Positions 20,121 through 31,780 of a stretch of 64,000 nt of DNA are shown in pieces. The translations under genes and the position numbers were made by a program. Position 1 is the stretch's first letter. Each line of letters begins with the position of its first letter. Source of the stretch: Naegleria gruberi (lineage: Eukaryota). The stretch is from assembly GCA_000004985.1 (NCBI GenBank), contig GG738845.1, one strand, 5' to 3'. The notes beneath the pieces are model-generated. The model searched no databases, had not been told where the DNA came from, and saw nothing but the letters and a program-made list of their open reading frames with translations.

Positions 20121-20422
20121 TTGTAAATAAATTCACCTAATTCATTCAATAATATTCACAAGTAATTAATTGCAACAATGATATCAAATAGTAGTTTTTT
20201 TGATTCTAAAGTAATTAATTTAAATTTACCCATTCGGAATATGTAATGATGAAAGGTTAACAATTCATTTTTAATTAGTATAGCAAAGAAGAAGGCCTTG
20301 AGTATCCATCAACATGTATGCACTGTGTCTTCACTAATAATCACATGTAATTACTTGCAACAACAATAATTATTTTTTAAAAATTGTAAAGAAATTTAAT
20401 TTTTTATTGTTATTTTAAAAAA

Positions 20423-21280
20423 ATGTTCAGACAAGGTTTGCTCTCACTCTCCTCATCATTAAAAACCGTCTCGGGTTCTTCAAATTTGTTCGCTCGAGGC
20501 TTTTCCAAGCAATTATCTGGTGTTGTTGCTTTAAATTCCTCCCAATCATCTCTTCTTCAATTTACATCATCACTCAATGTTCAACAAACTAGATGTTATG
20601 CCATCCCTAGAAAAGTTAGAACTAAACTCTGGTATGAACAACAGGAAAAGGAAAAAGTGGACGGAAAGGGTAGAATTAAATATGCTAGACAACAACCTGA
20701 AGTTAACAATACTTTTATTCTTCAACAATTGTCTGTTCTGAAGAAGAATCGTAATTGGAAGAGAGCATACACTATCTTTAAGAGAATCTCAGAAACCAAG
20801 GCCAGACCAAAGGCTGAAGTTTTTCAAATGTTGTTGTACACAATCGGATATAGAGGAGGTCAAATGAAAGAAGCTTTTGAAGTTTTTAATTACATGAAAA
20901 AATGCCAAAAGGATGTTAAATCATACAATGTTATGCTCCACGCTTGTTCAAAGTATCCAGTTGAAATGAATACATATATTCGGGATCATGATGAAACAAC
21001 AAATTCATTCAACACTGCTGTTAAAATATATAATGAAATCAAGGAACGTAAGATTACGTCGTTCACCATTTCCTACATGGCCAAGTGTGTTGAAAGTGCT
21101 GTTCAACAAAATCTCTTGGATGAAGCTGGTAAACAAGAATGGATTCAAACTCTCCAACAAGATGGTGAAGCATTCCTCCAAAATCCAAATGTTCAAAAAG
21201 CATTGACACAAGCTGCTCAAGCTGTTTCCACTGTTGTTGAAAAAGTTGAACCTGTTGCCGAACAAAAACAACAAGCCTAA
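20423..21280 (+). CDS. Probable mitochondrial protein with PPR-like helical repeats (285 aa).
   Basis: ATG at 20423. The N-terminus is Ser/Arg-rich and presequence-like (MFRQGLLSLSSSLKTVSGSSNLFARGFSK). The middle has PPR/TPR-like repeats (YNVMLHACSKY..., AFEVFNYMKK...). Confidence 0.45.
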   Translation: MFRQGLLSLSSSLKTVSGSSNLFARGFSKQLSGVVALNSSQSSLLQFTSSLNVQQTRCYAIPRKVRTKLWYEQQEKEKVDGKGRIKYARQQPEVNNTFILQQLSVLKKNRNWKRAYTIFKRISETKARPKAEVFQMLLYTIGYRGGQMKEAFEVFNYMKKCQKDVKSYNVMLHACSKYPVEMNTYIRDHDETTNSFNTAVKIYNEIKERKITSFTISYMAKCVESAVQQNLLDEAGKQEWIQTLQQDGEAFLQNPNVQKALTQAAQAVSTVVEKVEPVAEQKQQA

Positions 21281-21512
21281 ATTCCACTCCAAAAAAACAT
21301 TTAAATAACTAATCAACCAAATAAAGGATTTTTTAAAATTACAAAAATTTTAAATTGTGTAACAACTCTTGTCAACTTACAGAAATATTTATTAATAAAT
21401 ATGTAGCTCAGATTTTTGTTAATATTGTAAACTGAGTAATATAAACTGTAAGTTGATATTGAATCATTTTTGATCAAAACCCTTTTTTGAAGTGTTTTAT
21501 AAATCAGTACCC

Positions 21513-22544
21513 TTATTCCATTGATTTCAGCATTCTTCGTTTTTTTGTCATATAAGTGTCATAGTTCATTACATATTTTTCCATATCCTCATCTTCATCA
21601 TAACCATCACTACTATTTTCTGAATAGCTTTCCTCCTCTGATGGAATAAAATCTTCTTCATCCTTAAAGAATTTTGGATCCACCTCATAATCCTCCAAAT
21701 CTTCAGAAGAAGAAGAAGAATCTGACTCGAGTGCTCTCTTCAAATTTTTGATTCCATGAGTAATTCTAGGTTTCTGCTGCTCAAAAAAGTCTTTCTTCTT
21801 GTAATTAAAAGCAACTCTTCCTAATTTCTTAACAAGAGCTTCAGTCTTTGCGTCCATGGTGGTTCTTGGTGAAATTCTCTTGTAGGAGAAGACTTTTGGA
21901 ATTTCCATTTGCTCATGAATGATAGCAGCAGCCTTTTCAGAAGTACTACGATTTGCCTTGTTGGCTTCAGAAGTTAAATCATTAAGAGTCACAGTATTAT
22001 TTACATTGTTCTGTGGTTGTTTGTTGTTTGAGGCTTCATTATTCTTCTTCTTGGTTTGTTTGTTATTATTATTAGTGTTCGGAGTGTTGTTATTGGCAGA
22101 CTTTGTTGGTTGACTCTTCTTATTTGAATCATCAGGCTTCTTATTGTTATTGGCTGCATTGTTTGAATTATTTTGAGGTTTGTTGTTATTTGTTGGTTCA
22201 TTATTCTTTTTCTTGGTTTGTTTGTTATTAGTATTCGGAGTGTTGTTATTGGCAGACTTATTTGAATTATTATTTGGCTTGTTGACTACTTCCTTATTAC
22301 TATTTGAATTGTCCAATTTTACATTGTTACTTGTTGAATTATTTGCATTCTTGTTGTTATTATTAGTAGGTTGAGCCTTCTTTTGCTTTTTGTTGTTGTT
22401 ATTGTTATTATTGTTTGGCTTTTGCTTGTTATTATTATTCGGAGTATTATTCTGTTTGTTGTTATTATTGTTACTATTTGGAGTGTTGTTCACTTCATTT
22501 GTGTTGGCTTTCTCTTGTGTGTTTTGCTTTTTCTTCTTGGCCAT
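21513..22544 (-). CDS. Asn/Lys-rich low-complexity protein (343 aa) with acidic, Ser-rich C-terminus.
   Basis: ORF track. Mixed basic N/K-rich and acidic S/E/D-rich composition, nucleolar-like. Contains a 2-copy 162-bp tandem repeat (see repeat feature). Confidence 0.45.
   Translation of the reverse strand: MAKKKKQNTQEKANTNEVNNTPNSNNNNNKQNNTPNNNNKQKPNNNNNNNNKKQKKAQPTNNNNKNANNSTSNNVKLDNSNSNKEVVNKPNNNSNKSANNNTPNTNNKQTKKKNNEPTNNNKPQNNSNNAANNNKKPDDSNKKSQPTKSANNNTPNTNNNNKQTKKKNNEASNNKQPQNNVNNTVTLNDLTSEANKANRSTSEKAAAIIHEQMEIPKVFSYKRISPRTTMDAKTEALVKKLGRVAFNYKKKDFFEQQKPRITHGIKNLKRALESDSSSSSEDLEDYEVDPKFFKDEEDFIPSEEESYSENSSDGYDEDEDMEKYVMNYDTYMTKKRRMLKSME
22030..22275. repeat. Two tandem ~162-bp repeat units inside the N-rich CDS, encoding a repeated 54-aa unit (KSANNNTPNTNNKQTKKKNNE...).
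   Basis: Near-identical DNA segments TTCATTATTCTTCTTCTTGGTTTGTTTGTTATTATTATTAGTGTTCGGAGTGTTGTTATTGGCAGACTT at ~22035 and ~22197. Corresponding protein repeats KSANNNTPNTNNKQTKKKNNEPTNN / KSANNNTPNTNNNNKQTKKKNNEASNN. Confidence 0.6.
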
Positions 22545-22825
22545 TTTTTTTGAAGTTAAACTATTAAATTCATTGAATGTGCAATATTATTTCATGACAT
22601 GTAAACAAATAAATAAATATTACAAGAAATCAAATACCTTCATAGATACTTCCATCTGACTTAACATTAAAAGAATCCATAGATATCCATACTAATGGGT
22701 GTTATTAGATTTATTACCAATTCTTTGTTTCATTTAACAATATTGTTAAGGTCTTGTTTTTTTAAGGTGCAAAATAGATGTTTGAGCTTCTATCACATCC
22801 CAAATGTGAGTTGGATGATTTGGTT

Positions 22826-24712
22826 TTATCTCATACCCACTTGCTTTTGTGCTTCCAATTCCTTCTTCTTTTCCTCAATCTCTTGTTTGGATCGTTTGTA
22901 CTCGGTGGTTCTCTTATATCTGACAAAGATGTCCATCAAGTCTCTTTCCACATGCTCTACCAATTTGTAAAAGATAGAATCTGGAATCTTCTTCTTTTCC
23001 AAATTGTCTAAAATCTCCTTTTCCCATATGGAACGGTTTGGTAAATTGAGTTCTAAATTGGATCCATACTGGACGTATTTTGAAATAATGGTAGTGGCGA
23101 ATTTCTTCTTCTTTTCCTTTGATTTAATTTTGAGAAAGGCATGAGCATCTTCCCAAAACAAGATACCTTCTGGAACGAAGGATTCAGTGGCGAATTCCTT
23201 AAAGAAGGCTCTTGCCTTCTTGTCTCTCAAAATTTCTCTCACCTCAATAGAATTACCAGCTTCAGTACTATCATTCCATTGATATTTGGAGGTTTGGAAT
23301 GACAAGATGATTGGAATTAAGCAAGAGACAACATTGTCAAACAAACAACCAAACAAGATAATCCAACCAGCTGGGAAATAATGTTCATATATCAAGTTAT
23401 AACTTCCCCAAATACCAGCAACGAAGAATAGTAAAACATCAATAATCCAAAAAAGCATGACAACGAAAACTTCCCTTCTGATGAACCAATTTTCCTTAAC
23501 CTTTCTCCAAATAATAATTAACATGACAAAACTGGTTACATAATAAATAAGTGTAAGCACTAAAACAGCATAGACTTTGGTTCCTACGAAACAACCTTGA
23601 AGGAATGGTTTTGTTGAATAATATCCAATATCTGTGAGGATTAAAATTACAAAGACAGCAAAGTGAATCATGTAAACAACAGCAATGATGGTAGACAGGG
23701 CTGCTTTGGAGCTCAGCTTGGCAAAGAGGTCGAGTTTCTTTGTTACTGTCTTACCTGATTGTGGTGGGCTATCTGTTGGTCTGTCATGGTCCAAGTTCGG
23801 GATTTCAATAGCTTCAATATCAAGATCATCATCATCCAATTCCGCAACATTTCTTGCTTCATCATTGTCTGTTGTAGTAGTTTCATCCTCAGTCATTATA
23901 CTATTGCTGTTATTAGCTGATTGAGAAGTTATAACAGGTAGTGTTGGAGTGTTCGTTTCAGAAACAGGTTGGTTTGCATTAATATTTGCATCTAATAATT
24001 CAGTAGTAGAGAGAGGTGATGTTGGCTGTGATGATGTTTGTACAGCACTAGAAGGAGAAGGTTTTGTAAATATTGGTTGAGGAGGACTTTGCCTTTTCAT
24101 GACCAAAGATTGTCTTCTTTCATTATAGGTGGTAATGAGCTGTTTCTTCTTACTTATTAAATACACGAAAATTAATCGCCAACATCTATTTTGGTTAATT
24201 AGTGTTAATATGGATGTGACTCTCGGTGAGAAAACTTACCTCAAAATGGCAGGCAAAAACAATCCTGGATAAGCCAACAAAAGCAGGAAGGTAAAGAAGA
24301 AACAAGGAAATTCATATCTTCCAAAAGCAAATCTCAAAGTTACCATGAGACTGACAAAATAGGTGGCAACAATGCTTACAATCATTAAAAAGATGTCTCT
24401 TGCTTTTACAGGTTGATAATTTCTTCTCCAAATTGCAAGAGAGAGAAGGAAAACAAACCACAGTGTAAATGCTCCAAGTAATGCCCATGAAACTGGCGAC
24501 ACATAACTCAAGTCCAATATTTCATGCCGAGTTGTAACAATTCCAGAATATACAGAGGAGAGAGATGATTTTAGGTAGGGAGTTGATGATGAATTGACAG
24601 CTAAACTTGCTAGTTGTTGCAATACTAGATCATAGTAACCATTGTTGTCCGAGTTAATATATGGGGATGCAGGAAAATATTGCAGAATGGTCGAATTCGA
24701 GTTATTGGACAT
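22826..24712 (-). CDS. Seven-transmembrane protein with C-terminal RGS (regulator of G-protein signalling) domain; 2 exons; ~610 aa.
   Basis: Exon 1 is 24712-~24240: the ATG at 24712, N-glycosylation sites, and TM1-3. The donor is ...CCATTTTGAG|GTAAGT. The 54-nt intron ends ...CCAAAATAG at ~24186. Exon 2 is ~24185-22826: a Ser/Thr/Pro-rich ~170-aa loop, TM4-7 (LSTIIAVVYMIHFAVFVILIL, VYAVLVLTLIYYVTSFVMLIII, VFVVMLFWIIDVLLFFVAGIW, GWIILFGCLFDNVVSCLIPIIL), then the RGS box ARAFFKEFATESFVPEGILFWEDAHAFLKIKSKEKK...ISKYVQ. The ORF track splits this into 24236-24712 and 22826-24166 (GTG start). Confidence 0.7.
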
Positions 24713-25719
24713 GGTTAAAGTTGTATGGGATTTATGGAATAAATTAAATATCTAGTAGATGATGTTGTTTAAACAAAGCTTAGGAGAGAGGTTTAAATAG
24801 ATGATGGATTGTTGATGATTATATGTAGATCTTCACCGAACAACACGTGGAACAACGCAGATATTAAACCTCTCAAAAGAATAATGATGATTATGAATGA
24901 CTTCTTCACCACTACCACAATAATAATAATTACTGAGAGAGAATATGATGAATAGCAACAACGCTCTCGGCACGTTTTTTTTGAAAGTGTTGAGACGCGA
25001 TAAAAAGGTGACAATTTGGAAAACAACTTCCGGAAAGAATGAATTTGAGCCAACTAGGCAGGTTTTACGGCTATGAGGCAGGTTTCTGTTCAGAAGAACT
25101 CAAACTTCTCTACCAATGTAGATGTTAATGGATGGTGTTGAAATTAATTTTATAAAGTTGATGCAATCAGAAGAAGATATGAAGGAACGATAAGGTAGCA
25201 ATCAGATGAGCTGTTGTGATGCTAGTTTCAGAATCTTGTTCACCACGTGTGAAAATCATGATTGATCGAAATTGGGGACAGGTTATCATAATTGTCATTT
25301 TGTCAAAGTGAGATGATTTTATCAAGTAGACTCAATATATTAAACATTATGATTATGTAGGAGGAATCCTGATACATGGTGATGTCGTCTTGTTTACAGT
25401 AAATATTTACAATTCATCTTTACAATTGTAAAATACAAAACATCTACAGTAACTAGTTGAAATAAAGTGACATAATATACAATGTTCATAGATGTCTTCC
25501 TAAAAAACAAGCATTGATGGCCATTTAAGGTTCATTCAGAGATATTCTCTCCATGAATGTGGCCTTTCTCAACATATAGATATTTACAAACACCATCTCA
25601 CATCAAGTCAAAAGTAATTGATAGAGGCTGATACTTTTTCTCGAGAACATTTAATCTTTTGGATAACAGGAAATAAATTACTTTATTGATTCTAGCATAA
25701 ATATTTAACATTGAGAGTA

Positions 25720-27291
25720 TTATATTACAATGAAGGCTGTTGAAAGTTTAAATTCAACCATCTTTAGTACATTGACTCCTTGAGGAATCTCTAAATTTGA
25801 AATATCAGGAACTTCTTCTCTATAGACAAGTCTGTTTTCCTTTTCATATCGAGCTTCGAGCTTTTTTGATTCAGCAAAAATTCTCCTCGTCTCATTCATA
25901 AAAGGATTACTCTTTGATATCTCATCCTGCAAATGTTAAACGATATCTGCCGAAAGTGGAACTACTTACAAAAACATCCATTTCTTCCAACTGTCTGTTG
26001 GCATTAATGATAAACGAAACTGAGATTCCACTCTTTCTATAATAAAATTAATAATCTGTGATTATATATCATCTAACTTACCCATTTTGATTGGCATCCA
26101 AGGCTAAATAGTACAATGTAATTCCTCTATATAAAATTCTATATTGAGCACAAATCAATCTCAATTCAGGATCTAATAAACATCCCATACTTTCGAATAG
26201 GGAAATTGTGCTCTTTTCGTTATTGTTTTTAAGTTTTGTATCCAGCATGATTAGAGTTTGTTGAGCTTGATCAAAAATCTTGAATACTGAAACACTGAGA
26301 CGTGCAATAGTTGCTGCTGTCTTTCCTGTAGCAATTGCAGTGTGAATGGCAATAACTTGTCCAATACCTTGAGTGTATTCAACAAGTCCTCGAGCACAAA
26401 GTACATCCATCTCTGGAAGGAGTGAAAAGGCAGATTTTGGGAAGGATAACTTAGAACTGATGGTTGGGAAAGTGGTTGGGTATGGATTTGATAGTGGGGA
26501 GGAGGAAACTGGAGAAATTTCTTGGAGGGTATTAAAATCCTGTCCAGTAATATAATGTGGAATACCAATATTTGCCAAATAATTAAATACACCAGAAGCT
26601 CTTCTCAAACAAAGAGCAGCATCTTGATAAACTTCAATTATGGAATTATTATCAGCTAGATTTGCTGTCATTTTGATTTTTTCTGATGCCAAATTACACA
26701 ATGCATATCCATAAGTATATACTACCATAAGTACTTCAAAGCTGATGAGTTTTGATGAAAAGTACTTTCTTGATTTTGAAAATGTTTTAGTTTCCTCTCC
26801 AAGTAATGCACTGGTCCATTCAAAAACAATACCATCTCTATCCTTTGCATCCTTTTGTGATTTTAATTGTTCATTTTCTGTTGCATGTAAAATTCCAGTT
26901 AAATATGGCAAGTACTTTTCGATTGCCTATTTGTATTTTTATCATCAATTTGTTTCATCAATTTTCCAAATATTATCCATTTAATTATTATTATTAAATT
27001 GTATACAATTATGATCACAATAAATACAACAATTCCATTATTTGCACAAATATACATCATCAATAACAACTGTACAAAAACAACAAGAACACATACCGCC
27101 ACCAACACTTGAAAAGGTTTCGATTTTGACAGGGCAATAATCATGTGATCTCTAGCCTTTGTAGCCTCCTTCAAATTCTCCTTTGTCATATTTATCGATT
27201 CCTTCGAAGCACCCGAAGAAATTATCTGCAACTTTTCCAAGTTTACCTTCTTCGTTTGTGGTGCAGTAAAATCGTGAGGGAGAACCGTCAT
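25720..27291 (-). CDS. BRO1-domain protein (BROX-like), 4 exons, ~440 aa.
   Basis: Exon 1 is 27291-~27097 (ATG at 27291; ends ...FQVLVA|GTATGT). Intron 1 is 170 nt ending AAATAG at ~26927. Exon 2 is ~26926-26082 and ends AATGG|GTAAGT. Intron 2 is 45 nt. Exon 3 is ~26036-25970 (...EEMDVF|GTAAGT). Intron 3 is 43 nt. Exon 4 is ~25926-25720. Motifs: SSKLISFEVLMVVYTYGYALCNLASE / EVYQDAALCLRRASGVFNYLAN (BRO1 core, compare ALIX GSVKLALASLGYEKSCVLFNCAALASQ ... KIAAKHYQFASGAFLHIKE). C-terminal ENRLVYREEVPDISNLEIPQGVNVLKMVEF resembles BROX [33 protein letters not shown]. Confidence 0.65.
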
Positions 27292-27525
27292 TTTTTTTAA
27301 AGTCGATGACTGTCTCGTTTTCTTTCATCAAATTTCTTATCCAATTTATTAATTTCAATGTTTTTAAAGTTTTAGTAATGTGGACTTTTCATATAAAACA
27401 TTAATAATAATACTATGTAATATGTTGACTCAAAGTAAAAAGTAAATTGATTTGTTTGGAAAATTTGAATTGTAGGCAGAATCTTTTTTCGAATCTTTTT
27501 AAAATTTGAAAAAAAGAAATAAAAA

Positions 27526-28227
27526 ATGACTGACGAATCTTCACCACACGTTACTCTCTGTGATGCTGCTTACCACGGCGATTTGGATTCCATTAGAGAA
27601 GTTCTCTCTAATAGAGATAATAGATATTATGTTAATGAATTTTTGAACTATGATGAACAAATGGGAGAAGTATGTGTCGCTATTGTTTTTTAAATGTGTA
27701 TTCTAATATCGTCCGAATTTTTGATATTATTCATCATTATGTAGATGACCCCATTCATGTATGCTGCCGTTAAAGGACACATTGATTCCTTAAAATTATT
27801 CTTTGAATTGGGTAGACCGATTGTTAATCTTCCTGATGTAAGTTTGACCTTTTTCTATCTTTTTATGAATAATGAAAATAGTTTGAAGGTGATACTCCAC
27901 TGATTTTGGCTACCAACTCCAAGCAATATGATGTTATGAGATTCCTCATTGAAAAGGGATCAACTATTGACCATATGGATGAAAATGGAGTATGTGTTTT
28001 TTCAATTCAAGCCAATTTTCTAACTGTTATTTATCGGAATTAAATAGATGAACGCTCTTCACATTGCTGCATCAAATGGTGATATTCTTGCAGTAAAGAT
28101 TTTGCTTGAAAAGGGTGCTAACAAGAATCAATCAACAAGAGGAAAGGAAGGTCACACTGCCGATATGATTGCTGAAATGTACGGACACACAAAGGTTGCT
28201 CAATACATTCGCGATTTCCCTCTCTAA
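27526..28227 (+). CDS. Small ankyrin-repeat protein (~174 aa), 4 exons.
   Basis: ATG at 27526. Exons ~27526-27669, 27745-27837, 27882-27989, 28048-28227. Introns start GTATGT/GTAAGT and end ATGTAG/AAAATAG/TAAATAG, all phase 0. Ankyrin motifs: MTPFMYAAVKGHIDSLKLFFELG, GDTPLILATNSKQYDVMRFLIEKGSTIDHMDENGMNALHIAASNGDILAVKILLEKGANKN. Confidence 0.7.
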
Positions 28228-28492
28228 AATCATTGAGAGAATGGTGTGAAACATTACAAAAACTGGTCGAACCTTAGTTTGTGTTGCTAGAGTTTAAATG
28301 ATGAAAAACTATGTCAATGTGTATAGAGGTGGAATTGTGTAATGTCGACAAGTGTTTTTGAAATAAAACCAATACATAGTCTAGGCCAATTTAAATACAT
28401 ATCTAAAAGTCCCATCACTAAAATCTGTCACTTTTCACAGGGGAATATTTCTCAACAAAAAGAAATTGCTCTCTACACTGGCACCTGCTAGT

Positions 28493-29266
28493 ATGTCTGT
28501 TCTTTCAACAACATCAAAAAGTAGTCATCAGACAAGAAGAACCTCCGGAAGGGTGCAACAACGTATAGAACAATTAGAAAACAATGTCACCATCGATATT
28601 AATAATACAATTCAATCAAAACCAATTCCAATAACCAGACCAATTTCCACAACAAGTACTTCTCATTCAAGGTTGAAGCAATCAACAATTACTTCATCAG
28701 TAAACACACCAACCTCCACTTCATCTCTACCACGAAGGAGTAGAACAAAATCGAAAATGGAAATTTTCGAAGATGTTTACGAACAATTAGAACAATTGGA
28801 TGAATTATATTTTGAAAATATGTCGATTGATGATTGTACAATATCATCATCACCAGTTATTCAATTTGATAACAGCTCCTCAGAATCGGCTGTAATTCCA
28901 AATTTACATGTCCGAATGAATAGTTTAATGTCTCGTCAGGAATACGAAACAAAACGAGAATTGATTTGTCAACAATATTATAATGCAGATAGTGATAATG
29001 ATGATTTTGTGGACTCTAAAGTAGATAATATTTCAGAACATATTTCAATTGAAAAACAATTGAATCAATATTTGGATCCAAATTTGCACAAATTTTCATA
29101 CTTGGAACTGAAAAACAAATTTCCCAAAGGTGTAAAGGAATCTGAAAAAGAGAAATACCTATCAGATGATGAATTTTTCACAATATTTGGCATGACTCAA
29201 ACTCAATTTCAATCTCTTGGTGAGTACAAGAGAAGAAGACTGAAAATTGATAAAGGATTATTTTAA
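28493..29266 (+). CDS. Ser/Thr-rich protein with C-terminal villin-headpiece (VHP) domain.
   Basis: ORF track 28466 (TTG); first ATG at 28493. The C-terminus KEKYLSDDEFFTIFGMTQTQFQSLGEYKRRRLKIDKGLF matches the villin headpiece consensus ([35 protein letters not shown]). Confidence 0.6.
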   Translation: MSVLSTTSKSSHQTRRTSGRVQQRIEQLENNVTIDINNTIQSKPIPITRPISTTSTSHSRLKQSTITSSVNTPTSTSSLPRRSRTKSKMEIFEDVYEQLEQLDELYFENMSIDDCTISSSPVIQFDNSSSESAVIPNLHVRMNSLMSRQEYETKRELICQQYYNADSDNDDFVDSKVDNISEHISIEKQLNQYLDPNLHKFSYLELKNKFPKGVKESEKEKYLSDDEFFTIFGMTQTQFQSLGEYKRRRLKIDKGLF

Positions 29267-29475
29267 ATCTCTCTCAAAAACTCATATTTCTGATCTAATC
29301 TTTTTCAATAATATTATTGTAAAGTATATTTAGTATTCTTAATAATAATTTAAAAGACACAACACCTTCAATAATTAAGAAATTCTAAAATTAAACCTCA
29401 AATAACCCGAAAAAATAACACAAAACATTTCATTAAAAAAAGTTTTTTTTCAAACAACTCTAGGAAATAATCAAA

Positions 29476-31667
29476 ATGTCCCTGCTGGATGAATTCTTTG
29501 CCGATGCTGCTGATGATACGACAACTACAACGTCGACACCTCCACCACCATCATCATCATTATTATCACTCTCTGTGCCACCACATGGTGTGCCTCCTCC
29601 GCAATCATTGAATAATACAAACCAACAACAACAACAAGTAGTAATCTACTTTTAAATCATCACCATCATCATGTATTTATTAATCCATTTCTACCTTCGA
29701 CTGTTGCTGGTATTGCTTCCCAATCTATTACAAATTTAACGCCCATTAATCTAAATCCACAGACCCTCTTTCCTTCTTCTTTGAATTCGTCAATGGTTAT
29801 GGATGACGATGGATCTACTACCACTGATGAAGCAAGTTCTTCCGGAGCACCATCACTCTCTTCTATAAACTTGTCGAGCCATGCCCAAAGATTCCACCAA
29901 GATCATGACACACTTTCTACAACTTCATCCATGAGTACTTTTTCTTCGGGATCGTATAGTCATTTCGTCCCAGATATTAATAATCAATCAACCAGTAATG
30001 GAGTAGCTACTATTGTGCAACAACAACCACAGCAACCTGTCATCAAGCCAATTATTAATACTCCAACCACAATTTCACTTTTACTTCGTGATGAAAATTT
30101 CAACATTCATATGGAGAAAATCAAGGAATTTGTAAAATTGACCAACAGCGGAAAAGTCATCAAAACTGGAGAATCGTTTCAAACCGATGAAGAATATCCT
30201 TATATTTTAGCCAGTAATTCATACACCTTGTCAATTGACCAGGATATTGACCAACTGTTTATTCAGTTAAAATTATTATATTCGGAAAAGTTTAAAGATT
30301 TGGAGAGCAATATTATTGATCCAATGACTTTTGTAAATACAGTATTGCGAATTGGTAACGGTATTCCACTTGTGGCTCCTAGAGGTTCACAAAATTTCAC
30401 AGATATTGATCTGAGTGATATTTTACCTCCTTCAACAATTATGATTCTTAAAGTAACAGCAGCCAATGATGGTACCTTTAAAGTAAATCTATCTGAAGAT
30501 AAGTGGAAGAAAATTGAACAAATTTGTAGAGATGTCATACTTTTGGATGAACATAAGGAACATATTTTACAATATCTATCTATGAGAATGTCCTATGTTG
30601 CTCCTAATTTGAGCTTATTGGTTGGAACAAGAATTGCTGCCCAATTAATAGGTGCAGCAGGTGGAATTTTATTACTTTCTCAAACTTCAGCAGATGTAAT
30701 TCAATGTCTGGGAAGAGAAAAGAAGAAACTTGAAGGATTTTCTACTAAGACTTACATGGGTATGCTCCCAAAGAGGAAACAAACTTCGACTGACTCAAAG
30801 GATGGAAACTATCTCCTCTCCTATACGGCCAATGATTTTTCTCATATGAGATATACTGGATTTGTTGGATTGTGTGATTTGGTGATGGAACATACTCCAC
30901 CAAGAGAAAAACTGAGAAAGAAGGTTGCTCGTCTTGTTGCCACTAAATGTGCTCTTGCTGCCCGTATTGACAGTTGTAATTCGGCCAAGAATGGCTCAGA
31001 AGGATTACATCTTCGTGAGGATATTCAAATGGCCATCAAGAAAATGTTAGAACCACCAAAAAGAAAGGAGGACAAACCACTCCCAGCCCCAGATTCTATT
31101 AAAAAGTCTGGATCTCGAGGTGGTTCAAAATCAGCAGCTGAAAAGCAATTGGCCAGAACTTCAGAATTGAGAAAGAAATATGCCAGATTACCATTTGGAG
31201 AATCAGGTTCAGATGATTCCTATACTGGAGATGGATCAGGAACCATGTTGGGCGATGAAGGCAAGAAGGGATTGGGCCGATCTCTAAGTGTACACAATGC
31301 AATTCTTGCTTCTGGCAAACGATACGAAAACAAGCACAAAAAGAAGGAGAAAAAACATACATCTGGCTCATCAACTGGGGTCAATACTGCACTTTCATCT
31401 TCCTCGGCTTACTTTGATGGTATCAGCACAATTTCAAACACCTCAATTTTCAAGAGTGGTACTGCTACTCAAATCATCAGAACTGGTACTGCCACTTCCA
31501 TGGCAATTAGCAATAACAATGAAATGGAAATTCTTAACCCTAATCTTATTGCAGAAGATCAGAAACGAAAGACAGAACAAAAGAAGGGATACTTTTCTAT
31601 GGATACTAAATTTAAGAAACCATCAGATGTTATGGCACCACCTTCTTCCACTGAAAAGAAAAAATAA
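29476..31667 (+). CDS. PRPF31: U4/U6 snRNP protein PRP31 (Nop domain), 2 exons, ~688 aa.
   Basis: Exon 1 is 29476-~29637. It begins with the conserved PRP31 N-terminus MSLLDEFFADAADD... (human MSLADELLADLEEA) and ends with the donor CAACAA|GTAGTA. The ~125-nt intron ends ...AATCCACAG at ~29762. Exon 2 runs ~29763-31667; the track ORF 29781-31667 starts at a TTG. Nop-domain core: EHILQYLSMRMSYVAPNLSLLVGTRIAAQLIGAAGGILLLSQTSADVIQCLGREKKKLEGFSTKT...GFVGLCDLV...PPREKLRKKVARLVATKCALAARIDS. Confidence 0.8.
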
Positions 31668-31780
31668 ACTTTAAGGTTTCAAACAGTTTCTTATTTTATA
31701 AAATAGACATAGTTCAGTAAGCTGTTTTATAAAATTATTAGAGTTGAGTATTAAAAAAGTATCAAAATGGAGAATTTATT

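Noticed and set aside
20121-20422. A ~25-bp imperfect direct repeat CACA(A/T)GTAATTA(A/C)TTGCAACAA at ~20156 and ~20340, between the TPS and the PPR-like gene.
   Set aside because: There are only two copies with mismatches in an AT-rich spacer. It could be a shared 3'/5' regulatory motif but is too weak to call.
21919-22659. Four Leu/Phe-rich plus-strand ORFs (21919-22113, 22180-22374, 22371-22553, 22390-22659).
   Set aside because: They are antisense to the AAT/AAC-rich N/K-rich gene; the composition is an artefact of poly-AAT complement.
24793-25053. 86-aa minus-strand ORF with an I/V run.
   Set aside because: It lies in an ORF-free spacer, is made of ATT/ATA repeats, and has no start context or homology.
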